From Octopus vulgaris (taxonomy: Eukaryota), in NCBI GenBank assembly GCA_951406725.2, contig OX597814.1:88350001-88414000 (forward strand): a stretch of 64,000 bases of DNA. Direction: 5' to 3'. Made by a program: the position numbers and the translations under genes. The notes below the pieces were generated by a model. That model was given only the letters and a program-made list of their open reading frames with translations, searched no databases and was not told the DNA's origin. Below, piece by piece: positions 1 through 14,679 of the stretch. Numbering within the stretch: position 1 is the first letter of the stretch; every line of letters starts with the position of its first letter.

Positions 1-2079
1 ACGGAAAGGGTACCCAACTGTAGAAAATCTGCCTCAATACACTATCTAATCCATGCAAGCATGGGATAATAGGACATTAAAAAGAAGATGATGAAAGAAA
101 ATCACTGGTTAATGTCCATAATGTAGATGCAATTTGGAAAGTTCAGTGATAAAGCAATACAAGTAGATGGAAAAATAATCTTCCAGCAACAGTAACTGGG
201 AATATTATTTTCTACATCTAGTTATGCTATCTATGAGGAACAAGAGGCATACATAACATCAGACTCCAAATTTGGGTTGTATGTCATGCAGAGAGTGTCA
301 TTTAGCTCCAAGTCACTGCTGATCCTTCTGTGACCATCTCACCTTTTAGTATATCTAAGATCACACTGTACAATGTTGTCTTCCTTTTTTAAACTAGTAT
401 GGGATTTGAGGAAAATTTAGCTGCTATTACTAACAGGACAAACAACCACAAAGAGGCTCCTTAGCTTGTGTGGAGAATCTAGATGGGATAAGTGAGGTAT
501 ATGGTGAAGAAAGTGTGAAAGATTTTCTTTTCATTCTGCCTTCATCATACACATCTTTCAGCAAAAGAAATTACGAGAAGTAGAAATGAGGTTGGGGAAA
601 ATTATCCAATGTTCATTGCAAGGAAACCATATTTTCTTATAGTTTCTTCATGAAAAATTTAAAATATTAGAACTCATATCCAACATATCAAATCTTTCAA
701 AAAGTATTTTCTTTTTCTTCCTCAAATACACTTAAACATTTATCCTAAGTCTTCCAACTGAAGATGTAATATATAAAGTCAATAGCAGAACAATGGTAAA
801 ATGGATCCTGCCAATTTGTTGTAAATAGCATTCATTGGAAAATTAAATAAATTCCTAACTCATTAAATTAACATGTAAATGGCTTAGTTACATGTATACC
901 CTAATTCTCCAAATGAAACAGTGTGAATGTGTGAGACAAGGCTGGACTTTTGATTTACAGTACAGTCCATCCAATGGGCTTTGATACAGTTTCCATCTAC
1001 CCAATTTCACTCACAGGGCTTGGAGTAATCCAAGGTTATGGTAATAGACACTTGCTAAAGATACCATGCTGTAGGATTGAACCAAGAACTTAATTGTAAA
1101 ACAAACTTCTCAACCATTAACCATAACTACATCCACAATAGTCCTGTATACTAAATGAGAAGCTGTGTTGTTGTTGTTGTCATCCTTGCCCACTACACTA
1201 ACTTGGATTTTGGTGTACTCCAGTTGGTGAACCCTTGGCTTTGTATAAATTTCTATTGCATAATAAAATTTGTACCTACAGACAGAGACATAAACAGAGG
1301 ATGTGTTGGAGCAGCTGCAGTATATTTGCTGTATACAGAAATGTATACAGCAAATATTTCCTGTAGACTAATGGTGGGATGCAATGTAATGTTGATGCTG
1401 ACAGACAGGAATTGAACTTGGTCATTAATCAATGAAATTAATTACTGCTCAGTGTGTTACTATCAGTGCCACCCTTACAGACTGGTTAATAATATCACAG
1501 TAAATTGTATTAAAATAATAGTAATAATAATGATTTCAAATTTTGGCACAAGGCCCGTAATTTCAGAGAGTGAGGTTTAGTTGCGTGATTATATGGTTTA
1601 TGATTTAAGTTTGCATGCTTTTGAAATAACAAAGGATTGAAGTTAAACATAGTTTCATATTATATATTTGAGAGGATTAATAAAGTTGGTTGATTAGTTA
1701 TCATTAGTCATGTTCATACATCTTGCAAGAAGCAAATCAATTCTATAAATGTTTCCCCAGCACAGTACAGCAAGTGAGCTTGCAAGTTAATAATCTAATG
1801 GATCAATGATTATCATATCAATTTTAAAAAAAAACAATAACATGATAAACAGTTTTGCAACAGAATTGTATCAGTTAAATTAAACCTAGAGATTTTACTT
1901 CAACATGAACATGTAATAAGGTGGCATGTAGTTATTTCCATGCATGTTTATGAATCTTCAGCTGACCTTTATTTACATCTGTAAACAGATTTAGGTATTT
2001 AATACGAGTGTAATTATGGAGGATACTATCAGTAATAGATAATGATATTTCTAGAGCACTGTCAATTCATCTTAAAATT

Positions 2080-2465
2080 AAAATAGAGAAAAATGTCCAT
2101 GAAAAGAATAAATTGAGAAAAAAAAATATGAGGGAGGGAGGGAAGAAGGAGTGGCAGTGCAGAACACAAAAGCAAGTGAGGAGGAATAAGAGAGAAGTAA
2201 ATGAGAGAGAGAAGAGGGAGAGAGAGGGAAACAAGAAAAATTAAGAGAGGAGCAAATAAGGAGGAAAGGAGATAAGGAAGATAAGAAAAAGGGAGGAAAA
2301 GCAGCGAAAGAGAAAGAGAGAAAGAAAAATAGAGGGAGATAAGGAGAAGAAAAGTGAAACAGAGAGTAACAGACAGAAAGTAAAACAAAGAGTGAGAAAG
2401 TGAGTGAAACAGAGAACGAATGAGAGAAAGATAGAGAGCAAGAAAGGAACAGAAAAAGAAAGATC
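2080..2465. repeat. GA-rich low-complexity tract
   Basis: About 380 bp of almost only purines on the plus strand; this produces the spurious L/S/F-rich minus-strand ORFs. Confidence 0.9.
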
Positions 2466-2567
2466 AAATTCCAGTACTAAATGGACAAGCATAGTTAAAA
2501 CAAGATTTCAACATTAAGTTCATTTTCTGACATTTACAAGAAGCTGACATTGAGCAAGTCAACTTAC

Positions 2568-2609
2568 CCATGCAGGACATATATAACGTAGAGGTCCAAA
2601 TGAACACAT
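2568..2609 (-). CDS. Coding part of a candidate alternative first exon (MCSFGPLRYICPAW)
   Basis: ATG at 2609 gives 14 codons ending exactly in phase 0 at strong donor TGG|gtaagt (2568). This is the same phase as the 4162 donor. A TATATAA lies upstream at 2858-2864. Confidence 0.5.
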
Positions 2610-2857
2610 TAAATAAGCTAGGAGTTGAATGATGCACTGGTCAGCAGCAGCAAGAGCTAGACAGCAACTTTTAGTAAACAGAAGAGATAATCATCACTAA
2701 CGGACACTTTAACCATTTGTTGTATATACTGTATACTGACTGCTAGCAGTGAAGATGACAGATGTAGTCTTCAAACACTTCACGCATTTAGCAGCAGCTA
2801 GAGCACTTAGATATGTACTGAAATTAGTTGTTGTAAGCAGATGGCCCAAGGCCAAGC

Positions 2858-2864
2858 TTATATA
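2858..2864 (-). promoter_or_regulatory. Candidate TATA box for the internal alternative first exon
   Basis: Minus strand reads ggcTATATAAgc, about 250 nt upstream of the ATG at 2609, in non-repeat sequence. Confidence 0.3.
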
Positions 2865-3139
2865 GCCTCCTTCACAGAAGCAGTAGGAGGAGAAATAAAA
2901 TCTTCAACTGGTTATATAAATGATAGAGCATTGAGAATAGATGTTTCCGTAGTTTATTGACTACACAGCTTTCAGACAATGACAAATAATAATGCAAGTA
3001 CATATTACATATGACTGGAAAACACAGAGCTGTCTGTGTGCAGTTCTATTTCATTTATGCTCCTGGGGCTGAACATAATTTTTATTAAGGAAAAATAAAT
3101 GGACACTATATAAAATATTCAGGCATGTTTTCTGAAAGA

Positions 3140-3420
3140 GTGCAATATCGTATGTTGATGATATGGTGCTAAGTACATACATAGTATTTTTAAAAATTAG
3201 TCTGAGGAGAAGGAGGAATTTCATTAGAAATATGGGAATACATGCGAAAGAGGTTAGAGCTTTGACTCATAGGTTAGAGAAAAGGCAAAAGTAAAGTGTG
3301 AAGAAAATTCCGGACAGATGGTGGTTCTAGCAAATAAATGGAAGGGATCATGATGTGTACTTGTTTTCAGTAATAAGTGTGGAAGAGTGGTGTATGAAAC
3401 TGTCTGATGTATCAATGTTT
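3140..3420 (+). mobile_element. Very old RT fragment
   Basis: TATGTTGATGATATGGTGCTA at 3151 encodes YVDDMVL (RT catalytic motif). Downstream sequence is too decayed to translate continuously. Confidence 0.3.
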
Positions 3421-3727
3421 GGTGTAAACATAATCAATGATAATTATGTGTAATTAAAAATAAAAGCTTTGGCATAGATTATAGACAATTAATTGATACC
3501 AATCAGTCCAACATGTTTCCTGATACTATAACAGCTGTGCAATCCTATAGTACTAAGGTGATATATATAAAAACACTGAATAAAATCCTGATACAAATTA
3601 AAATTGTCTTTTCTTTCTAGAGTGTTTCAAAAAGTGCTTGTAACCTGAGAAACACCAACATTATAATCTCCATGTTGTTATCTTGAGACAAAGAGTGATC
3701 TATAATAATCCACTTGCTAACTAATAT

Positions 3728-4085
3728 ACTCTTTTACTTGTTTCAGTCATTTGACTGTGGCCATGCTGGAGCACTGCCTTTAGTCGAGCAAATCAACCCA
3801 AGGACTTATTCTTTGTAAGTCTTGTGCTTATTCTATCGGTCTCTTTTGCCGAACCACTAAGTTACGGGGACATAAACACACCAGCATCAGTTGGTGGGAC
3901 AAACATAAACACACACACATATATATGACGGGCTTCTTTCAGTTTCTGTCTATCAAATCCACTCACAAGGCTTTGGTCGGCCTGAGGCTATAGTAGAAGA
4001 CACTCGCCCAAGGTGCCACACAGTGGGACTGAACCCGGAACCATGTGGTTTGTAAGCAGGCTACTTACTACACAGCCACTCCTAC
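3728..4085 (-). mobile_element. tRNA-derived CORE-type SINE (type A), full length
   Basis: Head ggagtggctgtgtagtaag (A box)...gggttcagtccc (B box), then ggcaccttgggcgagtgtctt (CORE-like), an internal (TG/TA)n tract and the tail gactgaaacaagtaaaagag. Many copies occur in the window. Confidence 0.88.
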
Positions 4086-4161
4086 GATAATATGTAAAAC
4101 ATAATCAGTAAACTCAGTTTCTGTGTACATTCTAAGTAATGAGAAGTAATACATTTCTTAC

Positions 4162-4378
4162 CTTGTGTCGTGGGTGGTAGGAACTGTGATCTAAGATATG
4201 ATGGATGCGACAATCATCTTCAAACTTAGTACCTTCTGTGCAAGAGGTTGAACCACAGCAAGCTCCAATAGCTGAGGATGAAGTTAAGTGACTACTGTCT
4301 TCTTCATCTGAGTGATCATCAAATATAACACCAGAGTCCTCCCCACAACACCTCTCCTGGTCTACAGTAGATGGTAAC
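4162..4378 (-). CDS. Internal coding exon of the same gene (217 nt)
   Basis: Acceptor ttcttttcttag|G and donor AAG|gtaaga. Open frame LPSTVDQERCCGEDSGVIFDDHSDEEDSSHLTSSSAIGACCGSTSCTEGTKFEDDCRIHHILDHSSYHPRHK. Phase-2 entry completes CC|G (Pro) from the upstream exon; exits in phase 0. Confidence 0.8.
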
Positions 4379-4859
4379 CTAAGAAAAGAAAAGAATTGCT
4401 TTCAGACTTAGAGATATGCAAGTGCACTTACAAATTCATTTTTTACTATAATGAGAATATTAAAAAGCACAGAGAATGGAGAAGTTGCAGAAAACTGAAA
4501 AATAGTTTTAAATGTTTACTACTAACATGGAGTAAACAAACAAGAACATTTTAGTGATGAGGATGCTGAAATTTAATAGTGTTAGTTTTATTACACAAAA
4601 TAGTTTTAAAAAATTTTTTTATTGTAAGGAATTCTAAATACTCAACTCAGAACACAAAAGATAACCAAATTATTCACAAAGTTAAATGTCATTACCAATG
4701 ACCCCCATACACACCTTACCTAACTATCAGATGGCACTAAATAAAGTTGACAAAAGGATTCAAAACTCCATCTCTTTAAGAAGAGACAAATTTCCATTAA
4801 AATGACAGCTTGAAAAATGACTGGGAGGAAATAAGGCCAATGATAGCAAATATATTGTG

Positions 4860-5085
4860 TTCGATACATAGAGAGCAGAAGGTGAAGGTTAAGAAATACA
4901 TTTACCTTGGAAAGCAACTATCTACAAGAAACATCATAGAAGAAGAAACCAACTGCTGTATCAATCTAAGTTGGCGAACATTGGAAAGGCTCAGGTGTCT
5001 CCTAAAAAAAAATAATAAGAATCAAAAAAATCCGAGCTATCTAAACATACTATATAAATTACTGTGGAGAGCAAACAGCTGACTA
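4860..5085 (+). mobile_element. Old LINE (RTE-like) RT C-terminal fragment
   Basis: KVKKYIYLGKQLSTRNIIEEETNCCINLSWRTLERLR resembles the RTE 'YLG...EI..RI..AW' segment. Confidence 0.5.
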
Positions 5086-6076
5086 CTGTAAATTTCCTTG
5101 CCACACCTTCTCTTCAAAAACATGAAAGTTCTAAAACAATAATTCTAAAAATTACATAAGCCTTTATCAATGAAATATATGGGAACAGTTTTCATCTAAA
5201 ATGATGTTTATTATAAAATATTTAACAATATATCTAATAAGCAGAACAATAGAATACAGTTTGAAACCATCCCCACTGCATGACATCAGTGGCTTATGCC
5301 TTTACAACAACTGAAAGTTGACCAATGTCTTGTGAGTAGACAGAATCTTTAAGAAGCTCACTGTGTGCACATGTGTAGACTCCTTTTCTTGTGACATATA
5401 CACACTGATTAAAAACAGAGTTACTGAACACAGTGTCATTTGTTTATAGTCTTCAATGAAAGTATGTCTGGTTATTGAGCTGTTTGCTGTTTAGAGAGTG
5501 AGGGTAAATACTAACTTGCTTGGAAGCAAGTGAGAGTTGACAAGGAAGAACATTTGGCCATAGAAAATCTTCCACAAGATTCATCTAACCAATGTCAGTA
5601 TGGAAAAGTAGAAGTTAAAACAATGATGATTCCTTATTTCAATAAAACTCAAATTAAAGGATGATAATTTCTATGTTTCCACCAGAACTTTCTATTTAGA
5701 CAACAGACTTAGTAGGCACCATTGGCAGATATAGCTCAACCTTTTATGTAGTATAGTATGACATGATTGGTGTTTTCTTTTTTAACTTACAAGAAAAAAT
5801 TACTACATTGTAACCACTACATGAGACCCTCAAATCGATAGGATTGTCAGAATACAATGTCTTTACAAACATTTTCAATAGTAACAAGTAGTTATAAAGA
5901 AGAAAAGTAACCCGAATTTGATAAATTGAATTGTTAGAGCTGTATATTTGGTTTGTGTGCACTAGAAGCCCAGCCATACACTAAATAAATTTTTAAGGTG
6001 AATGATTTTCTGAAACTAGCAAAGAGATTGTGACTCATACTTTTGTGGTCAATTACAATGTATCAACTTGAGTATA

Positions 6077-6294
6077 TTGTAATCCCTCGACTATCATGGG
6101 TGTTATGTTCCACCACCCCCTAGCAATATATGAAAATCTGCGAAGTAGAAACAGTAATGTACTGTATATTTTTTTCATAGTTTTATAATTTGTATATATT
6201 TTATAATAAATGCAAAACACCACCACAGAGGAATCGACATACGCTTAAATAATAAACCACGATAGGTGAATCGCAATATGATGAAGGATTACTA
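6077..6294. mobile_element. pogo/Tigger-like MITE (second copy)
   Basis: Colinear with 31853-32051 (gcgaagtagaaacagta; caccacagaggaatcgac); ends gtaatccctcg / aaggattac. Confidence 0.75.
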
Positions 6295-6538
6295 TATATT
6301 CATTGCTAAACCTCGCTAAGATAAATATTTCAATCACCTGAAGATTGACTGTAACCATAACTCGAATTATTACGAATTGGACAGCCATGAAACGATCGTA
6401 GTCTTTTACTCATTATCTTTTATTAAACTTTTAATAATTTTGATATATATTTAAAATAATATAAATTAATTAATTTTATGTATTGGCTTAAGTTTTTCAT
6501 TGTTTGATTTGCCTAATAGTGGTTTTATCTCTAATTTA

Positions 6539-7901
<1,363 letters not shown>

Positions 7902-9454
7902 AATATATATATATATATACACACACACAATGACTTTTCCTTATAGATTAATGCAATGTTACAGCACAGCTCAATGAAATATGTTCAGGTTTGAATTCAA
8001 CATTTTCTTTTACAAAATTAAAACTATACAACCCTACTAACATATATTTCATACAGCCTGCATTATGTGTGGTAAGAGAAACTTCGCTACCAACTAAATC
8101 TGCAGACCCCAGAGATAAGACAGTTGACAGGAGGTGGCCAGGTAGAAGACTACTCCAAGTTACTGTATCTGTTTTGGTAAAAACCCTGTCAAAACAGACT
8201 CAGTCACTTGGGGTAGTCTTCTACCTGGCTGGCTCCTGTCAACTGTCCTACCCATGCATGCATGGAAGATGGATGTTGAATGATGATATAAATATTTAGG
8301 CATGATTTTCCCATTCATAAAAATTCATTAAAATCTCATGTCGCAGACACCAGCTTAATAATAACAGGTATTTTACTAAATTCATTATTTTCAAAAATAA
8401 TTGAAACAAAAGCAGTGTATTTCAACAGAAATAACACCAAGACAAGGTGGAAAGATGGGCAACAAATTCATGCAATTTGACTGACCTGCAACATATTTTA
8501 TGATCATGTCCATCTCAAAGGCAAATACTATGAGAACAGAATGAAATGTTTTGCTAGCTGTGTGGTGTGTGTGTGTAATCATTTAAGACTGCATGTCTTA
8601 TTTGAAGATACTTGAGGAATACATTACCTACTGTACACAAGCTAACAAAGCTATATTATAAAAGCACTTATTTGATATCTATCATTTCTCTAAAATGTAT
8701 TTGGCATTTGATATTTACTTAAGGAAAAGGGGAGAGAGCGTTTTATAGCTTATCAAAACATTTGTATGGTCCCAAGTTAAAAATTCATAAACATGTTTAT
8801 GTTAGAGAGTGGAATAAACTATTATATATACATAAAGAAATTAACATTACTCAAATTGCTCTCTTTTAGTTATAAATTATAAAATCTACATTCTGTGAGT
8901 ATTTTGAATAAATTGTTTATTTTGGCAGCAGTCCTCATAAAGCACTGCTGTATGCCCAAGGTTGCCCATATGCGATTTAAAGAACAGAAACTTGATCAAC
9001 TTTCTTTTATATATGATTAACTATTTAAAATGAACTTTTTTGATCCATGAACTTTGTAGTTCCCATTGTTGATCCACAGAATTTTATCGAGCTTTTGGAC
9101 AGTTTTATTGACCCTTGGGATCCTATATCACTTGGAAAGGCATGAGCTAGAGTGAAAAGGAAGGAGAGTATTGGAGTTACTGAGTGAGATTTGCTAGTTG
9201 ATATTGCTGCATTAGAGAGATAAGTACAATAAATAGACTTTTCCCAAGTTATCAGTTTGACTCTTCTAACATTTAACTGAACTCAATTTGCAATATAGTT
9301 CTCTCAATATATAGATCAAGAGTCTGCAGGGAGAAGAATGAGTAATGCTGTGAAATAGCTAATTCAGAAAAACAATTTTCTAGTAGTCAAGAAGCAAAAC
9401 ATAATCACACAAACTCATAAACAGTAACAATGATCTTTAACTTTTAAAACCTTC

Positions 9455-9573
9455 CATTAAAATCTCATGTCCCTTAATAACAACAGGTATTTTACTAAAT
9501 TCTTCATTATTTTCAAAAGTAATTGAAACAAAAGCAGTGTATTTCAACGGAAACATGGTAACAAAAGGGTTAA
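9455..9573. repeat. Dispersed repeat, probably the end of another TTAA-type element; second copy at 8325-8435
   Basis: attaaaatctcatgtc...aacaggtattttactaaattc...aattgaaacaaaagcagtgtatttcaac occurs twice. This copy ends aaaggg|TTAA. Confidence 0.55.
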
Positions 9574-10194
9574 GTATTGAATCAATTCAGTTTCTCACTG
9601 ATCTTTTTTTCTTGTTTATTTATCAATCCCAGAGAGATGACAACAATCAAAGACAAGATTGGTGGGATTTCAGTAACATCAACCTTTAATCTTAGCCAAA
9701 AGGTCAAGTAGCTATACCAAAAAATTATGGTTTCTAAATGTTGATACAAAGTGAAAAATTTACAAAGCAAAGACAATGTAGCTTGAACAAACACCAATGC
9801 ACAAGTGGTTCTTACTTTATTGGTTCTGGAGTAATGCAAAAAATTCTAATTTAACAGAATATTCTATCTATTTCTGCCATTTAATGATGTCAACTTTGCC
9901 ATCAAGCCACACATTTGACTGAGCACCAGCACTTTACCAATATTTGAACTTAGAATATAGAGAGGGATGAAACTGTTGAACATTGTAAGACACTTTCTCA
10001 AAGGTCTGCTAATCAGGCCACTCTACTATCCTGCCTGTAATAAGTATTATTTTCTAAATTGGCACAAAAGAACAGACTTTCTTGAGTAGAAATGTGAATG
10101 AAATGGAATCAATCACTGATGACAACTATTGAAAAAAATAAATAAAGCAGTGTTTGATTTCCACACATTTATTTCAAGTTTATTTAGGTATAAG

Positions 10195-10585
10195 CTTCTG
10201 CTTGTTTAAGAAGCTCACTTTCTAACAATGTGCCATACAGTGGCACCTTGTGCAAGTGACTTCGACTCTACCCCATGCTGACTAAAACCTTGTGAGTGGA
10301 TTGGTAGGCATAAACTGAAAGAAGCCCATCATATGCATGTATACATACATAGGTGTGTGTGTGTGTGTATTTGTGTGTACCCTTGTCTTGATATCATGAG
10401 ATGGTTGTAAATGAGCATCAACGTCATACAAGCGATGCTGTTCATTTCCTGTCTTCTGTGGAAAATATTACCTTACCTGGACACAGGTGAGGGTTGACAA
10501 CAGGAAGAGCAACTTGCTGTAGTAAAATCTGCCTTAAATTGTCTGATGCATACGAGTGTGGAAATGTGAATGTTAATGATGATAT
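10195..10585 (+). mobile_element. SINE type E: type-A head with RTE-like (GAT)n tail
   Basis: ggcaccttgtgcaagtg...cttgtgagtggatt...ctgaaagaagccc head, then caggtgagggttgacaacaggaagagc...gtggaaatgtgaatgttaatgatgat. Related copies at 1-95, 5290-5630, 16200-16442 and 54290-54552. Confidence 0.7.
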
Positions 10586-13167
10586 TTCTTGTTTAGTTTA
10601 GCATTTATTTTTCCATGCTAGAATGAGGAAGATGATTGAGGAAAATTTTGACTCAAACTGATAGGTCAATTTCCTATTTATACATCTGAATTCATTCTAT
10701 TATTAGGTTTTGTTGAGATACCACAGCAAGTAGCAAGCATTGTCATGAAATTTTTTTCCAGACTCCATGGCTAGTTATCCCTTAAAAAAAAACCCTAATT
10801 TTTTAGGAAAGGCATCCTGCTGTAGAAACCAAACCAAAACAGACTATGGAACCTGGTGCTTTCAGACTTTTAGTTACTTTTCTCGTTCGTTAAGAGTAAT
10901 GTAAAGCTTTCCTTCCAAAAGTCCTAAGTTACTCTGGTGGTTGAAAGAAAAAAAAAAAAGGAATATGTATTATATATGATACATGGACGATAGGGAAGTA
11001 TGTGAATCACATGTGATACACAGGACGGGAAAGGCAAAGGGTTAAATTTCGAAGGACTATCTCTGCTAATTAATCCCCCAAATAATCCAGTTAGAAGGTT
11101 ACTTAAAAAAAAAAGTTGTAATTCACTGCTTATATTTCAGAAATAGGCAGAGTGAGGCAAGCAGAGTAGAGCAAGTGAACCTTGAACAAATAAGCTATAG
11201 CAAAGTTTGATACCAGTGAATATAATTAACCTACCATATTTAAAATTATTACAGCTGCAATAACTATAAATAGCAGGCTGCTGGGTTTCATACACAATCG
11301 TATCTGTCACACTCGTACTCAGACTCTCATCTAATCCTTAGTTTTTTTTCTTCACCGAATACTAAATCCATACTACATAACAAAAGCGTAGCCAACCAAG
11401 TTCAGAAGTCCCACCTTGTCTTTAGAGGTCAAAATAAACAATATCAAATGACAACCAAAAAAAGTTAAAGAAAAGATTATCAAAATGTTTGATAAACCTT
11501 GCTTTTAAATTTGAACCTAAATATGACTGCTATACTTAATAATCATACATTATCATTTATCTGCTTCTCATGGCAAGTAAAAATTATAAGGTAGTTACAA
11601 TGAGAGAGAGAGAGAGAGAGATAGAGAGTGTGTGAGAGAGAGAGAAAGAGTGAGTGAGAAGGCACTGCTGAGACTAAGACGGCCTTCCTGTTGTCAGTGT
11701 TTTGGATAGAACAGGAAATAAATAACAGATTAAAAGGAAAAAGCTGCTACTAAGAGCGAAACAGACATGAGCTCTTTCTCTCTCGCATATGCATAAAGAA
11801 AAACCACAAAAATTCTGAGCCACTGTGAACAGGGATGCTTAGCAACTCATCACCTAGTATACTAACATTTTTGATCAATATATATATATATAAACTTCTT
11901 TCAACTGTTTTATCTACGGCTTTTTATCAACTACCAGTTAACCTTCGACATTAAGCGATGCTTACTCAAAACATTATGTACCAACAGTATTAAGAAATAC
12001 TGGACCATCTCAAACAACAAAACAATATTAAAAAATAAATAAATACCCACTCCCACCTCGCCAGGCACGTGAAAAATCCAATATTAGTATTTTGTGCAAT
12101 AGAGGAGAATTATGAAACAAATCTTAAAGCAACGAACAGAACAATAACTTATACTCTAATGATTCAATCATTTAATAAAAACAACAGGAAATCTATCAGT
12201 GATAAAACCTATCAGGTTTGCTACTAATTTAAGGTGAAAAATTAGGACTTAGCATAGAAAGAAACGTCATTCAATTACTAACTCAAACTACTACTCTTCT
12301 AGGAAGGTTAAAAAGAAAAAAAGCCGCTATAAGTACTGCGTCACATTACTAAATCAATGAACGCATATTTATATATGTAAACATTTCTGGTTAACTCCGT
12401 TGGAAATTTAAAGATGTATTAACTACGTATAAAAATATGACCTACAGGAAGTACAGACATAAAATGACATGTGGTAATTTAATTTGAGTTCTACCTTCCC
12501 TAGTCCAAAAATAACACTTGTGGGGCGGGTCGATAAAACAAAGTGTCAGTACATAATATATACTGGTCATTAGATTCCAATGACCAACACACACCAACAC
12601 GTAAACCAACCCACTCCGACCAGCCTACTAAACGCCAACACACTGTCTGACTAATAGGAAGCAGCTACGTCAGAGATACATTGAAAATACTTCGACAAGA
12701 ACGAAATGTAAACAAACATGACAATCACGAGAAATTAACCTTCAACCAGAACTGAAGTACTTCGGCTTGAAACAACAATAATAATAATGCAAGGGCCTGG
12801 AAAACATTTCGGACAATACAAGACAACGGGTTGGGGATGATAACAACCATCATCACCACCACCACCCCTGCTTAGAATCCGATTGGCTGAAAGACATTTC
12901 GAATCAATCCTTCAAGGTTTTTAAATGGTGTGGGAGTTGATTTCCTCTACTAACAACAGCTTCATCTTCATGCACTCTGCGTGCACACACTGCAACGGGG
13001 TAAATGATAGGAAAAGGCCTCTAACTGGGAGGAGGGAAGACAAAATGGAACATAGGACATGGACATTGCAAAGGTAGGGACTCTGAATAATTGATAGGAG
13101 GGGCAGCACTTGAGTCCTGCCGCAAAAAACCTCTCTCAGATTCAAGTGACTTGATAAAAAAACATTA

Positions 13168-13495
13168 AGCGTGGCTGTGTGGTAGAAGCTCGCTTCCCAA
13201 CAACGTGGTTTGGGGTTCAGTCCCACTGCATGACACTTTGAGTGGATTTGGTAGACGGAAACTGAAGGAAGCCTGTCATATGTATGTATGTATGTATGTA
13301 TGCATATGTCCGTGTTTGTTCCCTCACCATCGCTTGACAACCAATGTTGGTGTGTTTACGTCCCTGTAACTTAGCGGTTTGGCCAGGGACCGATTGAATA
13401 AGTACTAGGCTTACAAAGAATAATTCCAGCTGTCGATTTGTTTAACTAAAAGTGGTGCTCCAGCATGGCTGCAGTCAAATGACAAACAAAAGAAT
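13168..13495 (+). mobile_element. SINE type A with internal deletion
   Basis: gtggctgtgtggtag...ggggttcagtcccactgc...ggtgctccagcatggctgcagtcaaatgac. Confidence 0.85.
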
Positions 13496-14679
13496 AACTT
13501 GTTCACGCTGGGAAGTAGACGATAGGGAGGATATTTAGTCAGAAAAACCATATCAAGCAAAAATAAATATATAAAAATAAGATGTCAAACAAAAAGAACG
13601 CCAGTGTTCTTTTTTGTGTGCTAGCTGTCAAGATGTTTTGAAGGTGTTCAACCCATATCATCATGGAAAACAAAAGACCTCCAGAAGAAGTAACAGGTGT
13701 GAATGTTGTCTGTGAATGTGTGTGTGCCTGTGAGAAAACGTGCACACACAACTAAAACAAATTCATACTTTTTACACTATACAAAGGCACCTTTATGTTA
13801 TAACACCACTTAGAGTGGTTGTATATAACATAACATAGCTAGAGTGTGTGTGCCGCTCGGGATGGACCTTCTGTTTGCTGCCTCCAGACCCTACAAAAAA
13901 CACATTGCCTACAGCTCACCCAAAAGTGGCGCCCCTTTAAAAGTGCTGCCCAAGGTGGACCGCTCCTACCTAGCTACGCTAATGCAACCACTATGCGTCA
14001 TACACACCCACCAACTACATATTTTACACACATACTATAAAATTCTGTATGACATGAGATACTTTTCACGACAACCCAAGACAACAAAGTGTTGCTGTAA
14101 ATACCAACTATATTAAGGACAAGAGCATTATCCACATTAAACTAAAAAGTTGCGAGACGTCTCCTTTTGAAAATACAATAGAGAACATTAATGTAGAAAA
14201 ACTGAGAAACAAAACTAAATAAAGCTAGATTAAAATAAAGTTAGAACTTTAGCAAGGGGTTCAATGATAAGGATAAAGATTCATGTGGCTATCATGTAGA
14301 TATCGCATAGGCAATTCAAACAAAAGCATTGTAGCATTCTATAAAAAGCTGTAATCCTTATTACGTAGATGTAAATAGACATTTGAGAGTGGGCCAACTA
14401 CATCTACCTAAATTATGTTTCATTGCAATTATTTAGAAATAATGACAATAGTAACAACTGTCATACATACACACACATGATAACTTAAATACATACATAT
14501 AATCTACACACACACATATACATACATCATACACACATGCATACTCAATGCTGTTTTTTTCTTCATGGTAAAAGCATTACTGAAGTTGCCATGTGGATCA
14601 CAAGACTAAGATCTTGTTTGATTAAGTGTGCTGTTTTATGCTAGGAAATTAAGAATTAAAATATGAAACAGGGTTCTTT

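Noticed and set aside
2062-2492. Overlapping hydrophobic ORFs on the minus strand
   Set aside because: Artefact of the GA-rich low-complexity tract.
4010-4085. tRNA gene-like A/B boxes (also in other SINE heads)
   Set aside because: No full cloverleaf or terminator; these are tRNA-derived SINE heads.
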